A stretch of 64,000 nucleotides of DNA, taken from Octopus bimaculoides (Eukaryota). The notes below the pieces were generated by a model. It did not search any database, was not told the origin of the DNA, and was given only the letters and a program-made list of their open reading frames with translations. The stretch covers positions 115,669,942 to 115,733,941 of the forward strand of contig NC_068983.1 in assembly GCF_001194135.2 (NCBI RefSeq), read 5' to 3'. Shown piece after piece: positions 24,700 to 36,722 of this stretch (positions are counted from its first letter, which is position 1; each line of letters starts with the position of its first letter). A program made the position numbers and the translations under genes.

Positions 24700-25114
24700 G
24701 GTAATCTTCCAGTTTCGGGAGGTAAAAAAAGTAAATAAAAATACAAGGGAAATAACTTAATGTCTTACTAGTATTATCCGTACTCTCCTCACCTCACCCG
24801 TTCGCGAGCACGCATTTTTTTCTTCATATTCGTTCACAGCAAGTTGTTTTACACCTATTACACTAATCTTTTTTTTTTATTTTTGAGCTCTGGTCAAACG
24901 CTTTAGTTTGACCATTATTTCCCTATACTGGAAGATTACCATAAGTTGTTGTGCAGCCAGTACTATGATATTCAATCACGTGTGTGATTTATTTATAAAC
25001 AGCTAAAAAAAAAAATCACATTTCAGAGTAGTACGGATAATACTAGTAAGATGTTAAGCTATTTCCCTTGTATTTTTATTTACTCTTTTTACCTCCCGAA
25101 ACTGGAAGATTACC
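24700..25114. mobile_element. 415-bp MITE with 85-bp TIRs, GG termini and 8-bp TSD (Merlin-like)
   Basis: TIR 24700-24784 versus 25030-25114 has 4 mismatches; flanks are cctcaatc and actcaatc (7/8 identical). Confidence 0.85.
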
Positions 25115-25289
25115 ACTCAATCTATAAAAAATATATTAGTTTTGGGTCAAGTTGAAATAAGTCAAGGAAAATACTTGAGAAATTCTCAGTTAAATGTAAT
25201 GGAAAGCATTTTCGTTTTTTCTTTTAATATTTTCTATGTAAAGGTTTTTTATTTCTAATCAATCATATTCATTATGTTCTATTACATAG

Positions 25290-25359
25290 GTCTGTGATAT
25301 TTTCTCCCGATTTGCCCATCCGTCTTGATTACAATGGTAAACGTGTGGATATGGAGCAG
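25290..25359 (+). CDS. ATG2: ATG2 window exon 11 (RSVIFSPDLPIRLDYNGKRVDMEQ)
   Basis: acatag acceptor and gtaagt donor; 70 nt; conserved PIRLDY.GK. Confidence 0.95.
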
Positions 25360-25974
25360 GTAAGTTTGCTGTCAAATTTATTAATTGCATGTGGCTCTTC
25401 TATTAGTGATAGTGAGAGGGCCATATTTCAAGATATTGGAAAAGAAAAAAATGATATTAATCAGCTCTCTTATAATGTATGAAATGTGTTGACCCACACC
25501 AACTTTTTAGCATGTATACAGCATCTCACAATCATTACAATCCTTGAATGTTTTTATACTATTAAATATATGCAGTTATGTCTTATTTACCTAAATATTC
25601 ATTTTATACCGAAAGTTGTGGCACAGTCAACTTTCACTGATGAATTTCAATAATTGGAGTTGTCTCCCATAATTGCTGAACAATTTGAAATACGAAAATT
25701 TAAAATATATGTTGACATCCATTTACTTACTGTTTATCATGTGGATGAATTGTCTTAAATAAGTCTTATACACTTTTTATAAGAAAGTGGGGTGTTTTTG
25801 ACATCAACTTACCAGAGACTGCCTGTAGTTCTATGATACAAAACTTCTTGCATTATAGTGCCTATATCTAAATTACTCTCTTCCCAGTTTTATGTAAGAA
25901 ATTTTTGTTACTTATATTTCATATATCTTAAAAATGAAACATTTCAGAACTTTCTTAAATCCCTGTCATGCAAA

Positions 25975-26160
25975 TGGCACCTGTGCCAGTGGCACATAAA
26001 AGCACCCATTACACTCTCAGAGTGATTGATGTTAGGAAGGGCATCCAGTTGTAGAAACCATGCCAAATCAGACTGGAGTCCAGTGCAGCCTTCCAGCTTG
26101 CCGGCCCTAGTCAAACTGTCCAACCCATGCCAGTTTGGACAACGGACGCTAAATGATGAT
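25975..26160 (+). mobile_element. RTE 3'-UTR-derived short copy
   Basis: ggcacataaaagcacccattacactctc...ttaggaagggcatccagttgtagaaacc...gacgctaaatgatgat. Confidence 0.75.
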
Positions 26161-26689
26161 CATGGCAATGAAAGAGTTGAATTTACATATTCAACTACTT
26201 CACTAATTAATTATTCTTAAGATACATCACTAACAAACTATTGTTAAACTACATCACTACAACAATTTAGAATATGTATCTGCATTTGATAATTAGCACG
26301 CACTAAAGTCTAGCTCATCCTTCAACTAAACACTGTTTAATGTTCTTGTGAATCAAGTTCCTCTCGTGAAACTGTATTGAAAGTTTAATAATAAATTAAG
26401 TTACCAGTTTTCATCTTGAAATGTTATGTTCCACCATCGTTATCTTAATCATTTTACATTCTTTTTCCCATGTTAACGTAGATTCAATAGATTTTTTTTA
26501 AAGCAGTGTTTTGTGGTCAGATGCCCTTCCTCTCAATAACCCTTTTAGGTACCCTTCACAACATGCAGACACACAGCAACCTATTCTAAGACCAAGTTTA
26601 GTGCAAGAATTGTTTGTTGTAGATCAATGCTTTTTTTTTTTCTTTCCTAACCAAATTCCAATAAAAAGAATAATTAATTTTTCTTATAG

Positions 26690-26772
26690 GGGACCATTGC
26701 TGGACTCTTGGTTGGTTTAGCCCAGCTGAACTGTTCAGAACTAAATCTGCGAGCAATCAATTATAGACATGG
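26690..26772 (+). CDS. ATG2: ATG2 window exon 12 (GTIAGLLVGLAQLNCSELNLRAINYRH)
   Basis: ttatag acceptor and gtaagt donor; 83 nt; near-identical to ATG2B GTLAGILIGLAQLNCSEL. Confidence 0.95.
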
Positions 26773-27894
26773 GTAAGTGATGATTACATTACTCTCAAGT
26801 TTAAAATGTCATATGTATATTGGATTAAAATCTATTTACCATTTGGTACCAATATAAAAAAAATTTCAGACTTTAAACTTCTCTTAGTCTGTTTAGTAAA
26901 TTATTAATTTCTTCTCTGATGATTCACACTCTCTTCACGAGAGAATGTTACTATTTTTGTAATAATTGTGTCATAGAACACTTGCACTTTTGGCCTGAAA
27001 TTTTTATCCCAGAGATAATCAAGCCACATGATGTGATTTACTGTCAAGTCATTACATAAAGAAAATATAGCATGACCAAACACCTAAGAAGTTTGCTTGA
27101 CAAACTCAAGATCCTGGGTTCAGTCCCATTGTTTGACCTCTTGGTCAAGTGTCATTTGCTATAGCCTTTGGCTGACCCAAGCCTTATAAGTGAAACTGAG
27201 TAGATGCTAAATTGATAGACACTAATTCAACTGGCAGGTAATTCTGTAGATCAAACTAACAGAAGTCCATGTCAGGAGGCAGGCAGTGCTATTAAAGCAG
27301 GAAACAAATGAAGCGTAGAACTGAAGAATATATGTATATATATATGTATACAGCCCATCCAACTGGTTTCTGCAGTTTTACGTACAGAGCTGGTGTCAGC
27401 TTAAGGCAGAAGTTAGAAAAAACTAGCTCTAGATTCCACTCAGTGGAATGTAAATGAACTGCCTGACCAGAAGATAGCAGATTTAAGCATCAATGTGAAA
27501 CTTATAATTTTGAAATTAGACATTAAGTTTTACTCACACATGAATATCAGTCTAGCTATCTGTCAGTTAATCATTTACTCATCCAATAAATACAGAAGTT
27601 ACATTGAGCTGCTTCAGGTTTTGTATTCCAGAAGTACAATATTTGGCTATGCTTATACAAGGCATATTGTGTATGACCCAACAATCATTCAAGCTCATGC
27701 ACTTTTCGAATTTGAAACATGAACTAGCTTACCAATAACATCTGTATTTATTAAATTCTATTTCACTCTTACTGAATTAAGTGAGTTTTTCCTTTCTTTT
27801 TTACTGATTTTATCTACAGAAGAAACATACTCTCTCTCTCTCTTTATATATATATATTTGTATTATTTTAAGAAAGTGTTCTTGATAATTACAG

Positions 27895-28016
27895 CTTACT
27901 AGGAATCCAACGTGTCCTTGTATCAATGTTAACCGACTGGCTTGATGATATTAAGAAAAATCAAATACCTCGCATCTTAGGAGGAGTGGGACCTATCCAC
28001 TCAGTTGTACAATTGA
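27895..28016 (+). CDS. ATG2: ATG2 window exon 13 (GLLGIQ...DWLDDIKKNQIPRILGGVGPIHSVVQL)
   Basis: ttacag acceptor and gtaagt donor; 122 nt; conserved W..DIKKNQ.P.ILGGVGP. Confidence 0.96.
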
Positions 28017-28177
28017 GTAAGTTTGTTTTCTGAAACATTTTTATTTCACCTACCTTGTGTCTCACTACATCTGCATGCTTGCATGCAGATATATGTTCAT
28101 ATGCACACACTCACACATGCATACATACACACATACATGCATACATGTGTACAAATATATTATATATGTATCAAGAG

Positions 28178-28512
28178 CATAGCTGTAAGAATAAGAATAG
28201 CCTGGGCAAAGTTCAGAGAGCTCCTACCTCTGCTGGTAACAAAGGGCCTCTTGCTCAGAGTGAAAAATAGACTGTATGCTGCATGTGTGCAAACAGCCAT
28301 ACTACATGGCAGTGAAACATGGGCTGTGACTGCTGAGAACATGTATTGGCTTGCAAGAAATGAAGCTGAGAGTGTAGTGGGTGCTTTTATGTGCCACCGG
28401 CACGAAGGCTAGTCAGCGGGTACTGGCAACAGCCACGCTCGAAATGGTGTATTTTATGTGCCACCTGCACAGGAGCCAGTCCAGTGGGACTGGCAACGAA
28501 CTCGCTCGAATG
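28178..28512. mobile_element. Chimeric RTE fragment: + strand RT piece joined to - strand 3'-UTR piece
   Basis: 28178-28366 reads RIRIAWAKFRELLPLLVTKGL...HGSETWAVTAE; from about 28367 the sequence switches to the antisense 3'-UTR module (gagagtgtagtgggtgctttt). Confidence 0.8.
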
Positions 28513-28797
28513 TCTTTTCTTAAAAAATGAAATTCTGAAAGAAAGCAGGAACTTCATTTTCCTTACATTTTGTAGAAGCTTGTTTTTGTGCAACCAAACA
28601 ATTTTATAGTTAAAGTATTATTTTAACTGAAATGTTCTCTTGTTGGTGTGTGGAGTTTTCCCCTAAAAAATGTTCATATAAATGTGTATAAAATATTCTT
28701 AAAAATTAAGACAAAAAATTCTGTATGTGTTTGATCAAAGCCCATTTAAAAAAAATTGTCCTTTATTCCTGTGAATTTGTATCTGGAACATTTTCAG

Positions 28798-28952
28798 TCC
28801 AAGGCATCAAAGACCTCTTCTGGCTGCCAATAGAACAGTACAGACGAGATGGAAGGATTGTGCGTGGTCTCCAGAGAGGAGCCAGTTCTTTCACTACATC
28901 TACTGCGATGGCCATGCTGGAACTTACAAATCGACTGGTCAAGTCAATACAA
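28798..28952 (+). CDS. ATG2: ATG2 window exon 14 (IQGIKDLFWLPIEQYRRDGRIVRGLQRGA...LVKSIQ)
   Basis: tttcag acceptor and gtgagt donor; 155 nt; highly conserved C-terminal block. Confidence 0.97.
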
Positions 28953-29404
28953 GTGAGTTACACATTTCATACAATCATTTTTGCTCTTGTGCAATAGTCA
29001 TAAAGTTAGACAGCTCTTTAAATCTAATTGTTAATGTGTATTCTTAAAACTGTCGCACTGATAAATTACTTCTTTTTTTTTTTAACTCATGCCTTTCTTA
29101 TTCCAAGCAAAATTTCTTTACACCCAAATAAACTTGTATTGCCATTAGAGCTATTTTCTGTGACTCCCATTATATAGTGACTTATAATTCTTAGTATATA
29201 ACTATCACTGTATCAACCAGACTATTACACATTGTTACACATTGCTAGTTACAATGTGCCTCCAATTCTTTTTGACTGTGCCCATCTTTTCCATTTTGGT
29301 CTAAATCATTTAACTAAATTGTCTTTGAATTGTTGAGGAGGCTTTCCAAATGACTTTTTTTGATCTCTTGGATAAGACTCGGCAATTGCAGACAATTCTT
29401 AGTG

Positions 29405-29880
29405 TCATCATCATCATCATCACCACTTAACATCCATTTTCCATGCTAGCATGGGTTGGATGACTTGACAGGCACTGGGAAGGCCGGGGGCTACATCAGG
29501 TTCCATAGTCTGTTTTGGCTTGGTTTCTATGGTTGGATGCCCTTCGTAATGCCAACCATATTACAGTGTGCACTGAGTGGTAATGGAGAGTCTGGCAACA
29601 AGAGCAGGCCTGAATGTACCGAAAGCCTCTTGTGAGGTTAAATGCCCTTTACGTGGCACCATCACCAGTGCTTTTTTTATGTGGTACCAGCACCAAGATC
29701 ACCAAGTACCTTGCAAGACAAAAATGTAATGTTGAGGGGTTTGGCTTTGTGTTAGTTGAGAGATTTAAGGTAAAGAGGGGACAGATATATGTGTCTTACT
29801 ATAGAGTAGGTACGTGGGTACCCCAGTTGGAAAACAATGTGGGAGAGGCTCAGGGGTGGGGGTGGCAGTAGATATGTCAG
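29405..29880 (-). mobile_element. Old RTE 3' fragment
   Basis: (CAT)n tail and ccatgctagcatgg; related to other copies in the window. Confidence 0.65.
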
Positions 29881-30755
29881 GGTATTGAGGGTGAAAGCAG
29901 GCAAATTAGTAATTATTCTTTGATAAGTTAGTGCAGCAGTTGATGTTTTAGAGCAGTCGCTCTATGCTTAAATATTCAGTTTTTCTTGCCAAGTTTTAAA
30001 TGCATATTCCATCTGTGTTTATTTTTAAGTTCATCATATAGCGTGTGATGAAATAAACAAGAAAAGCTTACTGTTTCACTTTCTTTATCCCACTTCCATC
30101 AAAATACTTATGTTGTGCCAAAAGGAAAATATCGATATTTGTCTTGTGATATGTTGTATGTCATTTTAATTAACTTAACTCAGATGAGAATTATCATAAC
30201 AACAACAACAACAACAACAATTTCTTACATTGGTACTCGGCCAGAAATTTGTTGGGTGGGGTGGGGGTGGGGGCAAAGTTAGCAGAATACATCAACATCA
30301 GTACTTTACTGTACTTTACTTTATCTACCCTGGAAGTATGAAAGGCAAAGTTGAGCTCAGAACATAAAGAACTGAAACAAATACCAAAAGACATTTGATC
30401 CTACACTGTAATGATTCTGCCAACCCACTAAAAATTCTCTACATATTCTGAACGTAAACTCAAGGGAGAGTATTTTTAAATCAATAATTGCTTACGCATT
30501 ATTCATTGGATTCTTTATTAGCAATGGAAGCAGTATTGGTTCAGAAGGGCATTCTGTATATCTTATTTAATGTGGATATACTGTAAGAAAGCCACAAAAC
30601 TGTTGTATATTTGTCTTGAGAAAACATCTCGCATACCTGTATGGTGCTAAAATGGCATGGAAGTGTATTAATAGCAGACAAAAAGCATTTAGCAGTAGTA
30701 GAAAACATTACAAATTTTTCTTGGAGTGGAAAGGGGTTTAAAGTAAAGAAATATG

Positions 30756-31078
30756 AAGGCACATGGCTTAGTGGTTAGGGATATTCGACTCATAATCATA
30801 AGGCCATGAGTTCGATTCCTGGTGGCACATTGTGTCCTTGAGAAAGATACATTATTTCTCATTGCTCCACTCCACTCAGCTGGCAAAAGTGAGTTGTACC
30901 TGTGATTCAAAGGGCCAGCCTTGTCACATTTTGTGTCACACTGAATCTCCACGAGAACTATATTAAGGGTATGCATGTCTGTGAAGTGTTCAGTCACTTA
31001 CACATTAATTTCACAAACAGGTGAAGTTCAGTGATTGAATCAACTGGAACCCTCATCATTGTAACTGATGGAATGTCA
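30756..31078 (+). mobile_element. tRNA-headed SINE sharing the family D 3' half but with a different central region
   Basis: A box tggcttagtgg and B box gagttcgattcc; centre ttgtgtccttgag.aagatac; 3' half caaagggccagccttgtcac...gagaactat.ttaagggta...tcaactggaaccctc as in family D. Confidence 0.7.
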
Positions 31079-31221
31079 GGCCAAAATAAAATAAAATTAG
31101 TCAATAAAATGATAATATTAATTTCTAATTAGAACATTGTATAGTATGTATAACATAATAAATACATTGATAAATATACATTGTTATTGAAAAAAATGGT
31201 ATTGTGATATTGTTATTTCAG

Positions 31222-31368
31222 TATCTTGCTATGTTGACTTATGATATGGTGTCTCCGGGGCCAAGTGTTTGCAGTACATCACGGAAAAAGAACAGAATTC
31301 AAAAACGCTCTAAACAACCTAATGATTTACGTGAAGGAATGACCAATGCTTACATTGTATTGCGCCAG
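31222..31368 (+). CDS. ATG2: ATG2 window exon 15 (YLAMLTYDMVSPGP...QPNDLREGMTNAYIVLRQ)
   Basis: tttcag acceptor and gtaagt donor; 147 nt; conserved YDMVSPG and QP.DLREG..AY. Confidence 0.95.
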
Positions 31369-31904
31369 GTAAGTGGTGATAAACTCTTTGTTAATGTTTG
31401 GTGGCTACGTTTTAAACAACAATGTATGTGTATCTATGTGAATGGATATCATCATCTCTTAACGTCCACTCTCCATGCTGGCATAGAGTGGTTTGGGTGG
31501 TTTGACAGGAGTTGGCCAGCTTGAGATGCCCGGGCTCTATCCGTCTGTTTTGGCATGGTTTCTATGGCTGGACACCCTTTCTAATGCCAATCACTTTACA
31601 GAGAACACTGGATGCTTTTATGCGGTACTTGCACAGGTGTTTTTATGTGACACCAGCACAGGCCATATATATATATAAAATACAGTGTACATTTAATACA
31701 CATTAGAGATGCCCATAAAAGGACATCTAACCCGCTAGAAAGAGCAGCCAATATTCTACACCACAAAATTAGGGATAATTTCGAAAAGGAATGAAAAATA
31801 AAAACATTTACCATCTATATTCCGAACCAGGTTTCAAGTTATTTTAGCAAAACAAACTATTTTGCAAGGCCAACTATCATCAGCGGAATATATATATATA
31901 TATC

Positions 31905-32120
31905 ATCATCATCATCATCATCGTTTAACGTCCGCCTTCCATGCTAGCATGGCTTGGACGATTTGACTGAGGACTGGTGAAACCGGATGGCAACACCAGG
32001 CTCCAATCTAATTTGGCAGAGTTTCTACAGCTGGATGCCCTTCCTTACGCCAACCACTCAGAGAGTGTAGTGGGTGCTTTTACGTGTCACCCGCACGAAA
32101 ACGGCCACGCTCGAAATGGT
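31905..32120 (-). mobile_element. Young RTE 3'-end copy, interrupted by an N gap
   Basis: (CAT)n, tttaacgtccgccttccatgctagcatgg; CpG-rich, near the family consensus seen in the window. Confidence 0.85.
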
Positions 32121-32762
32121 NNNNNNNNNNNNNNNNNNNNNNNNNNNNNNNNNNNNNNNNNNNNNNNNNNNNNNNNNNNNNNNNNNNNNNNNNNNNNNNN
32201 NNNNNNNNNNNNNNNNNNNNNNNNNNNNNNNNNNNNNNNNNNNNNNNNNNNNNNNNNNNNNNNNNNNNNNNNNNNNNNNNNNNNNNNNNNNNNNNNNNNN
32301 NNNNNNNNNNNNNNNNNNNNNNNNNNNNNNNNNNNNNNNNNNNNNNNNNNNNNNNNNNNNNNNNNNNNNNNNNNNNNNNNNNNNNNNNNNNNNNNNNNNN
32401 NNNNNNNNNNNNNNNNNNNNNNNNNNNNNNNNNNNNNNNNNNNNNNNNNNNNNNNNNNNNNNNNNNNNNNNNNNNNNNNNNNNNNNNNNNNNNNNNNNNN
32501 NNNNNNNNNNNNNNNNNNNNNNNNNNNNNNNNNNNNNNNNNNNNNNNNNNNNNNNNNNNNNNNNNNNNNNNNNNNNNNNNNNNNNNNNNNNNNNNNNNNN
32601 NNNNNNNNNNNNNNNNNNNNNNNNNNNNNNNNNNNNNNNNNNNNNNNNNNNNNNNNNNNNNNNNNNNNNNNNNNNNNNNNNNNNNNNNNNNNNNNNNNNN
32701 NNNNNNNNNNNNNNNNNNNNNNNNNNNNNNNNNNNNNNNNNNNNNNNNNNNNNNNNNNNNNN

Positions 32763-32844
<82 letters not shown>

Positions 32845-34049
32845 TGGATGGATTTGGTTCAACAAACTGGAAAAACAGAACTTGGTGGTTTTAAAGTGAG
32901 GTCATTGTTCCCTTGGGTTTGATGACCTCACAAACAGAAGAAATTTTCTCATGGGAAAGGACCTCAATGTATTATATTTAAGTTTGTTAAGTCCCACACA
33001 TGAAATTATTGCCCCTTTTGGTTCCTGACTTTGTTTCAGGTTCATTCCCATTGCACAGTAACATGGGCAAGTGTGTCCATACTCATAAGCTAGCCAAAGC
33101 CTTGTGAGCTGATTTGGTTGAGGAAAAGCGGAAAGAAGTCCATTGTGTGTTTGTGTGGGGGGGTTGCATGCATTGGGCTGTGAGACATGATGTGTATGTG
33201 TGTCCTTGTCTTGAAACCACATTATGGTTATAAGCCGGCATCATTTGGTTCCAATCATCCATGTCTGGCCAAGCAAAATATTACCCTGCTTGGAAACAGG
33301 TGAGAGTTTGTAACAGGAAGAGCATCAGCTATAGAAAATTTTTATCAATAAATTCTGTCTGGTCCATGCAAACATGAAAAAGTGAACATTAATACTTTAA
33401 CTCATTATGCTATTTAATTGCCTGCCTGTAGCTAAATACGAATTATATACATGAAACAGTGATTGATGTAAATTTAAACTTATTACCAGTTTAGTGGTTA
33501 GTGTATTTGTCTCACAATTGCAAGGCCCAGTTCCTGAACTCATCTTTCGTACACCTGAAGTGATTTGTGATTTGTCTGCCTAGGGCACTTCAAACTAACC
33601 ATGGTGTGTTTTCACCTTTTTATCTTCAGCAAGCATATTTCTTTATGACAAACTGCAGTGAAAGTCTTCTTACTGGTACAAATATGTCTCAAATATATTT
33701 GAACTGGTAGCACTTATAATCAGTGTTATTATTACCCAGCTTTGTGCCAAAATTTGAAACCATTATTATTATCGTTATACTAAGTTCCAGTTAAGCACTG
33801 GGGTCAATGTAACTGACTTACTCCTCAACCCCACCCTCTAAAATTGCTGGCCTTGTACCAAAATTTTGTCGGCTTCACCTTTCATGGTCAATAAAATATG
33901 TACCAGTTGAACACTGAGGTCAATGTAATTGATTTATCCCCACCCCACCCCTAAAATTGCTGGCCTTGTGCCAAAATTTGAAACCATCATCATTATTATT
34001 ATGATAACGATGCCATTTCGTCTGTCTTTATGTTCTGTGCTCAAATTCT

Positions 34050-34270
34050 TATTTCTTTACTGCCCACAAGGGGCTAAACATAGAGAGGACAAACAAGGGA
34101 TTAAGTCGATTACATCGACCCCTGTGCGTAACTGGTACTTAATTTATCGACCCCGAAAGGATGAAAGGCAAAGTCAACCTCGGCGGAATTTGAACTCAGA
34201 ACGTAGTGGCAGACGAAATTCCGCTAAGCATTTCGCCCAGCATGCTAACGTTTCTGCCAGTTCACCGCCT
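34050..34270 (-). mobile_element. SINE family C (long-tail variant) nested antisense inside another family C copy
   Basis: Flanked by a 14-bp TSD tgtgctcaaattct (34036-34049) and tgtgttcaaattct (34271-34284), which is itself host SINE sequence. Confidence 0.85.
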
Positions 34271-34458
34271 TGTGTTCAAATTCTGCTGAGATCGACTTTG
34301 CCTTTCATCCAAGTACCAGTTGAATATTGGAGTTGGTATAATTGACTAGCTCCCTCCCCAAATATTTCAGGCCTTGTGCTTATAATAAAAGGAATTATTA
34401 TTATTATTGATTGATTGATTACTTATTGCTAATAAATTAATCTTGATTTTTTTATCAG

Positions 34459-34689
34459 GGATTTTCTGAAACAGCTGAAAGTATTGTCCGTGCTGCCACA
34501 GAAGAACATGAACATAAAGGAATGACTGGTGCTGTTGGTGGTGTCATTAGACAGATACCACCAACGATGGTGCAACCAATTATCTTAGCTTCTGAAGCTA
34601 CTTCTAATGTTCTAGGAGGTATGCGAAATCAACTTGTCCCTGATGCCCGCCGAGAAGATGTCGAGAAATGGAAAGTCCCAACCAGTTGA
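34459..34689 (+). CDS. ATG2: ATG2 terminal coding exon (GFSETAE...EATSNVLGGMRNQLVPDARREDVEKWKVPTS*)
   Basis: tatcag acceptor; 231 nt ending in TGA at 34687-34689; ATG2 C-terminal (ATG_C-type) motifs RQIPP and EATSNVLGGMRNQ. Confidence 0.97.
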   Translation, partial: GFSETAESIVRAATEEHEHKGMTGAVGGVIRQIPPTMVQPIILASEATSNVLGGMRNQLVPDARREDVEKWKVPTS

Positions 34690-34739
34690 AGTGATATCAA
34701 AGAAAATAGATTAAATTGTGACTGAAAAAGAAAAAAAAA

Positions 34740-34784
<45 letters not shown>

Positions 34785-34985
34785 CATCCAATTATTTTTA
34801 ATTCTTGAAATCTTAATTCCATAAATAAGATTTCAGCCACTTCCCATTTCTGAATGTTATTATATATTGTGTATGTGTACATAAATTGGTTTTGTCTAAC
34901 TTGCTTCCAAATTTACTGCTCATATTTGCATATCTATCTACCTACCTATCTATATACATGTGTGTGTGTGTATATATATATATAA

Positions 34986-35031
<46 letters not shown>

Positions 35032-35216
35032 CACACTACTACCAGTGGAAGCACATTTTACACTGTTGACAACATTTGTTCTTGTATGGAAATTTAATTT
35101 TTTCCATGATATATCTGAAATGATATGGTACGCAAAATGTTTAATTAGAAAACTGGCTTCCATGTTGCCTTCCATTATGAGTTCTGTGCCCACAACACTA
35201 GCAAACACACACGCAT

Positions 35217-35272
<56 letters not shown>

Positions 35273-35381
35273 GTATGTATAAAGTGTGTAAGTTTGAGTC
35301 TGTATAGATGTGTGTGTGCATGTATCAATGTATCAATGCACACATAATAGAATATACCATTATGCACAAAACTTTTTTTTA

Positions 35382-35397
35382 AATAAAGATTAATAAA
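35382..35397 (+). promoter_or_regulatory. Candidate ATG2 polyadenylation signals (two AATAAA)
   Basis: AATAAA at 35382 and 35392, about 700 nt after the stop, followed by U/GU-rich sequence. AATAAA is common in AT-rich DNA. Confidence 0.4.
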
Positions 35398-35712
35398 AAC
35401 TTAAAGGAACATTTATTCTTATAATGTCTACCTTGTATTCTTTTCTTTTTTTTGTATTCAATTTTCTTTCTACAATTATTGTTTTAAATCAGTGAGTCAT
35501 ATTAAGTCAATATTTTCAGTTGGTTTTTTTTTTTGTATATATATGTATTGAAGACTTATTTGAATATTATACTTTTCACAAAAGCAGGTATAAGAATTTT
35601 TGAATACTGCTGGCAGTGATTCATTATATCACTATGACTTAAATATTTGCTAGTCACAGTAACACTAACTAGAATTTAAATATTTGCATTTTTTATAAAA
35701 ACGTCTGTTTGT

Positions 35713-36030
35713 ATCATCATCGTCGTTTAACGTCCGCTTTCCATGCTAGAATGGGTTGGACGATTTGACTGAGGACTGGTGAAACCAGATGGCTACACCA
35801 GGCTCCAATCTGATGTAGCAGAGATTCTACAGCTGGATGCCCTTCCTAACGCCAACCACTCCGAGAGTGTAGTGGGTGCTTTTACATGCCACCGGCATGA
35901 AGGCCAGTCAGGCTGTACTGGCAACAGCCACGCTCAAAATGGTGTATTTTATGTGCCACCCGCACAAGAGCCAGTCCAGGGGCACTGGCAACAATCTCGC
36001 TTGAAAGTCCTTACACATGCTGCGGGCACG
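35713..36030 (-). mobile_element. RTE 3'-end copy
   Basis: (CAT)n tail and the same consensus as 7981, 31905 and 57983. Confidence 0.85.
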
Positions 36031-36722
36031 AGTGAAATAACATGTAGTCAGACAACAAATTACCTTTTGTAGCTGTCAAAATGTGTATGATGAGTTTCTG
36101 CAAGTTTCTCTCTGATTCACTTATATTGGTTGCCCCAGGGATATAGTAGAAAACATTTTAACAAACTACACAATGGTACTGAACCCCAACCATGTGGCTA
36201 TACATACATACATATATATATATATATACACACACCATCATAGAGAGATAATAACTATAGTTATATGGTATGTGCGTGTGTAGAAATGAAGATATGTATT
36301 GACCAAAATTTTCATTTTAAAATTGGTACAGCTTTGTTGTCAATTATAGTCTGGTAAATTGAAACGACTGTACGTACATATTCTACAAATTCATCTAAAA
36401 ATGTAAATATGCTAGGTTGAAAAGGTGAATAAAGAAGCAGTTAAGTGATTTTAAAAAAACAATTTTCAGACTGTTCTATGGTTTCATTGGAACAAGCAAA
36501 AAAACAAGGGCACAGAATTATAACAGAAGGCCATTAGCACTAATTAAGTAACAGAAACAAATGATCCATCAGAGAAAGTTCATGTACTTCATTCCATGGA
36601 TACTTCTATTGCTAACTGTTCCTCTATTAATCTCACTGACAGTCTCATTGTTTCTTTTGCGCATTTTCCTTCATATTAAGGTCACTTCATTAATATTGTT
36701 GGCCATGTTTTTCTTATTCATT

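Larger units (their letters stand above)
3457..34689 (+). other. ATG2: ATG2 gene, 3' part (16 coding exons, 2402 nt coding including stop; 5' exons outside the window)
   Basis: The spliced translation matches the ATG2A/B C-terminal half that I recognise: RTCSDSC, LIQYIA, DYCIL, EMSIHWYMYAGSDFG, GGPGR..MELQL, SRQV, NKFLY, LNIDQDALFFL, PIRLDY.GK, LAQLNCSEL, WLDDIKKNQIP.ILGGVGP, KDLFWLPIEQYRRDGRIVRGLQRGA, EATSNVLGGMRNQ. All 15 introns are GT-AG with compatible phases. Confidence 0.97.

Noticed and set aside
15355-32922. Long ORFs spanning N runs (also 23153-24406, 42321-42724, 61546-62327)
   Set aside because: They are long only because N codons translate as X.
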